A stretch of DNA of 64,000 nucleotides from Octopus vulgaris. Taxonomy: Eukaryota. The notes under the pieces are model-generated. The model saw only the letters and a program-made list of their open reading frames with translations, did no database searches and was not told the origin of the DNA. Position 1 is the stretch's first letter, and the number at the start of each line of letters is the position of its first letter. The position numbers and the translations under genes were made by a program. Positions 56,835-64,000 of this stretch are shown one piece after another. The stretch lies in contig OX597843.1 in NCBI GenBank assembly GCA_951406725.2, positions 19,840,001 to 19,904,000 on the forward strand, read 5' to 3'.

Positions 56835-58620
56835 TAGGTTGGCCGGCCTGTGAAACCCACCGACAAAGCAATTTTCTAGATATCCTACTGAAACTCTTGC
56901 TGAAATACATCAAAAGTTTCATTAGAGGAAATCCAATTAATGAAGAGGCAATATTGGCTTCCCTCGATGTTATCAAACTTTACACCAACATCCCCCATGA
57001 CTTTGGAATAAAAGCAATTAAATTCTGGTTGGAAAAGTACTCCCGGAATGCATAAAGTAGATTTTTATAATTGAATCCTTAAAATTTATACTTCAGAACA
57101 ATTATTTACTATTTGATGACACATACTATCATCAGAAATGCGGAATTGCAATGGGAACGAAAGCCGCTCCTGTTCTTGCGAACCTCATAATGGGTTATTT
57201 TGAATTCACCTTATATGAAATATCACTTCAGAAATATGGTTACCCTTTTACCTCTACATAAGAGAAAATTGGAAGAGATGCCTAGATGACTGCTTTATCA
57301 TCTGGAAAGAGAACATCGACAAACTGTTGGATTTCAAATCAACGCTAAATGACATCAATAGTAACATACAATTCACAATGGAATATAACAAAGAACAAGT
57401 CCCAGTTTTAGACGTCATGATAAGAAAATTTAACAATGAAATCATAACTGACATTTATTATAAACCAACTAATTCAAAACAATATCTTCTCTTTAACTCA
57501 TGCCACCCGAAACACATCAAAGTAAACATCCCTTTCAATTTGGCAAAAAGGTTCTGCACAATAGTGCCTGATAGAACAACTCGGGACCTTCGTCTTCAAG
57601 ACCTCAAAACAATACTTATTGAAAGACAATATCCAACCTCACCTATTTATATCAACACACAACCACAGAAACAGTGAGGCATTCACCACTATTGTGCAAA
57701 CTCATCCTTTGCTAAATTGAGATTCAAAAAGGAACGACAACCTGAAAACACAGAAACTCATCAAATGCAAAAACAAGACAAATTGCTAGAGAGACTACTA
57801 ACAAACGCGAAGCTTTACAAAGCAACCAAAAAAACCAACGGTTGAAAAATGTGGACGCCCAAACTGTGGAACCTGCCCCAACCTGCTTGAAGGCTCGGAC
57901 TACCTTTTCAAAAAAGGACAGAGGTTCACAATTAAAACTAGTTTCACTTGTGCATCTGAAAACCTAATTCATGTAATAACCTGCTCGGGTTGAGGACACC
58001 ACTATATTGGACAAACGAGTATGACCTTGAGAAAGAGAACCACTCTAAATAAAGGGCAAATCCGTTTCCCGGAATACAGACAAATTCCTTTCAGTGAACA
58101 TATAGAAACTTGTGCAGGTAACATCAAACCAAATTCCACACTCTTCCCCTTTTACCAGTGCAAAGACGCAATCTCTCAACTAGATCGTTTAAATAAAGAA
58201 ACTTTTTTCATTGAAAAATACAAGAGAAAGCCTTAATATCCACGCATAAACAACTGTTATCTTTTTATATATTTCAATTCACGATTACATCACTGTACAT
58301 AAATCCCCTACTAAACAAGGTTTTTGAAACTTGTCTGTCTGTACTTCTATATAATCCGCACCCATTACCGAAAGTGGAACCGTTATCTCCATTACCCACA
58401 ACAATAACATGAATAACGACAACCAATAACCGCCCTTTATTTATCCACTTGTGAAGTCATTCACTCCTGAATTTCATCAAACACAACATGGACAACATTT
58501 CTTTCTAAGAAAAAATATATATTCATATAAGTAAAATATAATATCATGAATAGCGATATCGAAACCGGTCAATATATTAAAAATTATATTAAAACTATGT
58601 AAGTGTGCGTATTTTCCTTT
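56835..58620 (+). mobile_element. 5'-truncated Penelope-like element (RT + GIY-YIG + terminal repeat)
   Basis: ASLDVIKLYTNIP, AMGTKAAP, RCLDD, TDIYYKPT...SCHPKH, CGRPNCGTC and HVITCSG.GHHYIGQT. Starts at a (TA)n array. Confidence 0.9.
58541..58575 (+). ncRNA. Minimal hammerhead motif, A3-U8 core variant
   Basis: auauc-AUGAAUA-gcgauauc-GAAA-ccgg-UC-aauau at the 3' end of the Penelope element. One mismatch at the base of stem I. Confidence 0.55.
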
Positions 58621-58731
58621 TTTAATTTCTTATATACATGACAACTCACCACGTGGGGATAATCGAAATTCCTCTTTTCTGTTACTACAACTACTACTAT
58701 ATACATACATATATATATATATATATATATC

Positions 58732-58774
<43 letters not shown>

Positions 58775-58778
<4 letters not shown>

Positions 58779-59195
58779 GCAGGAGTGGCTGTGTGGTAAG
58801 TAGCTTGCTAACCAACCACATGGTTCCGGGTTCAGTCCCACTGCGTGGCATCTTGGGCAAGTGTCTTCTGCTATAGCCCCGGGCCGACCAATGCCTTGTG
58901 AGTGGATTTGGTAGACGGAAACTGAAAGAAGCCTGTCGTATATATGTATATATATATATATGTATGTGTGTGTATGTGTTTGTGTGTCTGTGTTTGTCTC
59001 CCTAGCATTGCTTGACAACCGATGCTGGTGTGTTTACGTCCCCGTCACTTAGCGGTTCGGCAAAAGAGACCGATAGAATAAGTACTGGGCTTACAAAGAA
59101 TAAGTCCCGGGTTCGATTTGCTCGACTAAAGGCGATGCTCCAGCATGGCCGCAGTCAAATGACTGAAACAAGTAAAAGAGTAAAAGAGTAAAAGA

Positions 59196-59198
<3 letters not shown>
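58775..59198 (+). mobile_element. Near-intact octopus-type tRNA-derived SINE inside (TA)n
   Basis: Head gcaggagtggctgtgtggtaagtagcttgct...gggttcagtccc, internal TA/TG tract, tail gctccagcatggccgcagtcaaatgactgaaacaa(gtaaaaga)n. Confidence 0.9.
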
Positions 59199-59228
<30 letters not shown>

Positions 59229-59233
<5 letters not shown>

Positions 59234-59592
59234 ATCAAGTCAAAATAGAAAATACTAAAATAATTTTATAAAGAACATTTCAGTACCGGTTTCGGTCATT
59301 TTGAGACCTTTTCAACTGTAACGATTAAATAATTAAATTTAGAAAAATTAGAAGAAAAGTTTTTTTAAAGGAATATTTGTATAGTATTCAGATAAAAGTG
59401 GCATTCTGCCTTTCTCTGACTCCCTTGTTTGCACTTGTCTGTTCGAGGTCGCTGTGAATTCTTGGTAGGGTAGAAGAAGAATTTAATTATTTTATCGTTA
59501 CAGTTGAAAAGGTCTCAAAATGTCCGAAACCGGTACTGAAATGTTCTTTATAAAATTATTTTAGCATTTACTATTTTGACTTGTTTTTTCAT
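59229..59592. repeat. Fold-back PLE-derived cassette with ~110-bp inverted arms, each carrying a U3-A8 hammerhead (59279-59320 minus; 59499-59541 plus)
   Basis: Minus-strand arm reads cag-UUGAAAA-gguc-ucaaaau-gacc-GAAA-ccgg-UA-cug; the plus-strand arm has one stem II change (gucc). Flanked by (TA)n. Confidence 0.8.
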
Positions 59593-59624
59593 ATATATCA
59601 ACTCGTGTGTTCCTTTTCACCCTT

Positions 59625-59713
<89 letters not shown>

Positions 59714-60168
59714 ATATGAGAGGTAATGTTTTCAAGGAGACCCAAATGTGACAGTCAAAGCTGAGTAGGTGCTATGGACATGCAAATGAGGAGTCCAACG
59801 TAGGTCATATTTTAACATCTATATGTATAAAATTAACAGAAGGAAATAAAAATGCAAGTCTGTGAAAGATTTAAGAACACTTCTAAAGAGACTACGTTAC
59901 AGCTGTTTCCGGGATATTTATGTATCTCTTTATCGGGGACGTTGCGAGAAGATGGTTAAGTAATAGGTATTCTAGAATAACTATTGCTTCACCATTCTCT
60001 CACACCGTCCTCGATGAAAGAATATATAAAATATCCCTGGAACAGCTGAAAGACCTCTCTATAACTGTTCTGAAATCTTTCACAGTCTTGGACATTTATC
60101 TGATTCATTTATATATATATATATATATATATATACTTTATTTAAAGCAGCAGAAAATTCAACAAAAC

Positions 60169-60200
60169 CTGTTACTCTGAGTTTCCCGTTCATCAGACAG
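60169..60200 (-). ncRNA. Hammerhead motif with collapsed stem II
   Basis: cugu-CUGAUGA-acgg-GAAA-cucagag-UA-acag, in an ~75-bp insert between (TA)n and (CA)n. Confidence 0.5.
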
Positions 60201-60232
60201 CTTTTGCTATACACACACACACACACATACAC

Positions 60233-60263
<31 letters not shown>

Positions 60264-60519
60264 TGCACACACACACACACACACATATATATATACATAA
60301 AAATACATATATGTATATACAAATGCAAGTGTATGTGGTTATCTATGATTGCTTACGAATTTCATTTTCAAATTTCTTAATCCCGAATTATAGGTTTCCA
60401 TAAATTGTGGAGCTGGATACCGTAAAGCTATTTTTCGATATGAAATACCAATTTTCTAGTATTGTGGCCGGAGAAACAGTAGAATTACCCGATCAACGAC
60501 AATTATTACTGCTAGTATA

Positions 60520-60597
<78 letters not shown>

Positions 60598-60598
<1 letters not shown>

Positions 60599-61450
60599 GC
60601 GGTTGTATCAAAATTTCACGGATAAACTCCATAGTGCCCCAACGCTTGGATCCACACAATTGTAAGCACGGTGACAGTGAGCAGTGACCTTCAGGAAGTA
60701 GTATGCTGAGTAACATCGATGTGTATACTTCACACGATGTGGAATTTGTATTTTTGTGATGACGTGTATGAACAGGTCGGGTATGGAAGAAAGCACCAAA
60801 CATGAAATTTTATGTAAAAATTGGGAAGTCTGCTATAGAGAGATGGAGCATGCATCGGCAAGCTTATAGCGACGAGACAACGGGTCGTACATAATGTTTC
60901 GAGTGCACAGATGCACGACAGAATGACAGCTTAATCAAGAGAATTTTCAATATTGTTTCTACATCATCGGGTTGTGCATTGAGAATTCGACCCCCAAATT
61001 CAAATGAGGGATCAACTGCAACATTTTAAAGCTTTTCAAGGATGATATTCGAGGAAACTGACTGGATTTGTGGTGCGCGAATTATTGGATTTTTCACAAC
61101 GACAATGTACTCTGTCACCACACTCGTGGGTATCTTGCCAAAAGCAACATGCTATCGCTTCCGTGCATGTCCTTTTAGCCAGATTCAATACCTGGTGACT
61201 TCCATCTTTTCCCCAAGATGAAAATACAGTTCATAGATCGAGATAAATAGGAAATTTAACACCGTTGTTGAGATCAAGATGTCCTCAAGAGGCCGGATCC
61301 CAAAAGTGTCAAGAATGCTGGATCGGGTGTATTCGAAAATCTTGCCGGTGTATTCCTGCACACGGTGACTTTACCGAAGGAGATGAAGTTAATATAAGTT
61401 AGTTTTATTAAACATAACTCATCCAGAAACATTACGATCCCACTTTGTAT
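60598..61450 (+). mobile_element. Third, more diverged mariner copy
   Basis: Collinear with 4090-4875, including aaaattgggaagtctgcta and cacaacgacaatg. Its downstream flank 61460-61585 also matches 4878-5012. Confidence 0.8.
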
Positions 61451-61601
61451 GTATACGATGGGTTTCTTTTAGTTACCTTGTACAAATATACACGAGTTTG
61501 TTGTGCTGAAAGCCAGAGTACACGCAGTGGGACTGAATACAGCAGAAAATATGATATCACATTCATGTCAACACCTAATCGTATGTACATATATATATAT
61601 A

Positions 61602-62705
61602 CAGGTTGCAACACGAAATTGTCATCATTACCTTTTTAATTTCTCGCATGCGCATTCTTTGTTTTTGAGTTTGTCGACCACTCAGTATAGTATGATCAGT
61701 TGGGTACCGTCTGTGAGAAAAACAGCGCCATGTCGTAATTCACTCTGCCATAACTTTTTGAAACGACATGCTGTACTGCTTGGCATTCGCGCCGAAAGAT
61801 CTAATATGAACATTCCAGAGTGTTTGGGTGTCAGTCAGAGGAATGTGCAATCCGAGGACATGTACTGAGATTGATAAAAATCAAACATCCAGTCAACATC
61901 ATGGTGTTTGGAACGATCGCTTGTGATGGTGAAATTATGCTTTCATTCACGGTTTCAGAATTTAGGCGGCGAGCTGGCAGAAACGTTAGCACGTCGGGCG
62001 AAATGCTTAGCGGTATTTCGTCTACCGCTACGTTCTGATTTCAAATTCCGCCGAGGTCGACTTTGCCTTTCATTCTTTCGGCGTCGAGTAAATAAGTACC
62101 AGTTACGCACTGGGGTCGATATAATCGACTTAATCCGTTTGTCTGTCCTTGTTTTTCCTCTCTGTGTTTAGCCCCTTGTTGGTAGTAAAGAAATAGGTTT
62201 CAGACGGAGGTCAACATCAAGTGCCTGGAGAAGGTAGTGCTTCCCTGGAGCAATGGGATGGCTGCTGGAAGATCCTATCTCTAGCAGGGAGACTCTGTAC
62301 CATGCCATACAACCAGGAGAACCCAGCCATGGCTGTCAGACAGATTTTGCGACCACATCACCCCTAAAGTCACGCCATCTAACTCCCCAGACTGGAACCC
62401 CCTTGATTATCATGCATGGTGCGCAGTTGACTGAGAGGTCAGCAAAACCCCTTGTGACATCAAAGATAAACTGAATACAAGGATTATGGCAGTATTCACG
62501 AAATTAAACAAGGTGACCGTCCAAAAGAGTTGCAGGTGATTCCGAAGCTGACCGGAAGACGTGGTTGAAGCCAATAGCGAATTTATTGAATACATTTACT
62601 TTCAAGATATTTTTCTGTTATTTTGGTAAATATACTTGTTAAAATGGGATCTTAGTGTTTTTTTCATTTTTGCGTAATTAAGACGACACTATATTTACTG
62701 TAACC

Positions 62706-62707
<2 letters not shown>
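61602..62707 (+). mobile_element. Decayed Tc1/mariner-superfamily transposon with imperfect TIRs
   Basis: TA-caggttgca...tgtaacctg-TA ends. KIKHPVNIMVFG and NSPDWNPLDY motifs. Confidence 0.72.
61960..62195 (+). mobile_element. SINE with 9-bp target-site duplication
   Basis: Head ggcggcgagctggcagaaacgttagcac. TSD ggtttcaga at 61951-61959 and 62196-62204. Confidence 0.85.
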
Positions 62708-62779
<72 letters not shown>

Positions 62780-62809
62780 CGTGTGTGTGTGTGTTTTGTG
62801 TGAGGATGC

Positions 62810-64000
62810 TCTTGAGTGCTACTGGTAAATCTTCCTATAGATGATACACAAGATAGCAATCCCTCCACACTATCTATCAAAAGCCGCCTTATCCACATAT
62901 GGAATGAAAAACGTAAAGCCAGAAACCTTTCTTTCTGGAATACGATTAAAAACAACCACAAGGCAGAAATCTACGAACGCTGGCTAAACTCTACACCAAT
63001 AATTTTGACTCGTAAATTCCAAATTCAAGGTATTCCAAAGAAGCCGACAACGGATGTGCGGTAGTAGTGGTGAATACAGAATACTACAAATATTTAACAC
63101 TTTCCATGTTGGAAAATAATATTTACTATGAGAAATTAATACATAACCACCCACAGTAAACGCTGAAAAACTTGCCCTCCTTACTCCAAATTCATGGAAA
63201 GGGTCTCACTAACATTGAAATAGACTTTTTACCCAATTTTAAATACAGTCCTAGTCTATTCTACGGATTACCCAAAATACATAAAAATCCACACATTTGT
63301 GAAGCCTGCAAAATCTCTACAAGCCTATGCATTAATGTCCCTCCCCCTACTGACCTCAAACTGAGACCTCTCATAGCTAGCCCTTCTTGTGAAACCCACC
63401 ATTTGAGCAACTTCCTCGACATCATACTCAAAACGTTTTTTAAAAATATGTGAAAAGCTTTATCAGGGATGACCTAGACATGCTGAACCACCGCCCGAAT
63501 ACAGTAAAGGAAGGAACGCTGCTGGTATCTTTCGATGTGGTGAATCTGTACACCAATATCCCACACGACTCTGGTATAGAAGCAATCACATTCTGGCTAG
63601 AAAAATACCCAGAAGAGATCTCAGGACGCATTAACCACAGAATCATAATCGAAGCACTCAAATTCATCCTGCTGAACAACTATTTCATGTTCGATACAAC
63701 TTACTACCGAAAACATGTGGAATTGCAATGGAAACCAGAGCTACTCCAGTGATTTCAAACCTTGAAATGGGTTACCTAGAACTGAAGTTATACCAATCAT
63801 CACTAGAAAATTATGGCGCCTCTTTTAATTGCTATTTAAAGGAGAACTGGATGAGGTATTTGGATGATTGCTTCATACTTTGGAAAGACAGCATGGACAA
63901 ACTCCTTGATTTGAACGTAATGCTTAACAACATACATAGCAATATACAATTCACTATGGAACACAACAGTAAACAACTCCCTTTTCTGGTCATCTTAATT
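62810..64000 (+). mobile_element. Penelope-like RT pseudogene running off the window
   Basis: FYGLPKIHK, LRPLIA, LVSFDVVNLYTNIP and WMRYLDD. Related to the element at 56835. Confidence 0.9.

Overview
AT-rich, microsatellite-laden eukaryotic DNA, most likely an octopus (inferred from recognisable octopus tRNA-derived SINE families). Almost all of it is intron of one minus-strand gene that the ORF track misses. That gene shows three 72-nt, phase-2/phase-2 exons with canonical splice sites (48215-48144, 6398-6327, 913-842), each encoding exactly one 24-aa leucine-rich repeat. Two of the exons come from an 11-15 kb intragenic duplication (about 3113-18238 and about 44621-55806). They differ by 9 substitutions, all non-synonymous and concentrated on the predicted concave LRR face, while an adjacent intron sample differs by only about 6%. 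A third, older copy of part of the unit starts near 60.6 kb. The introns hold decayed transposons: Helitrons, Gypsy nested in a Helitron, Penelope-like elements, Tx1/L1, HERO and R4-like RLE LINEs, mariner/Tc1 and SINEs. About ten Penelope-type hammerhead ribozyme motifs are present, covering all four Watson-Crick versions of the core 3-8 pair, plus an unusually permuted hammerhead in the HERO 3' UTR. All alignments and folds were done by eye and TE boundaries are approximate.
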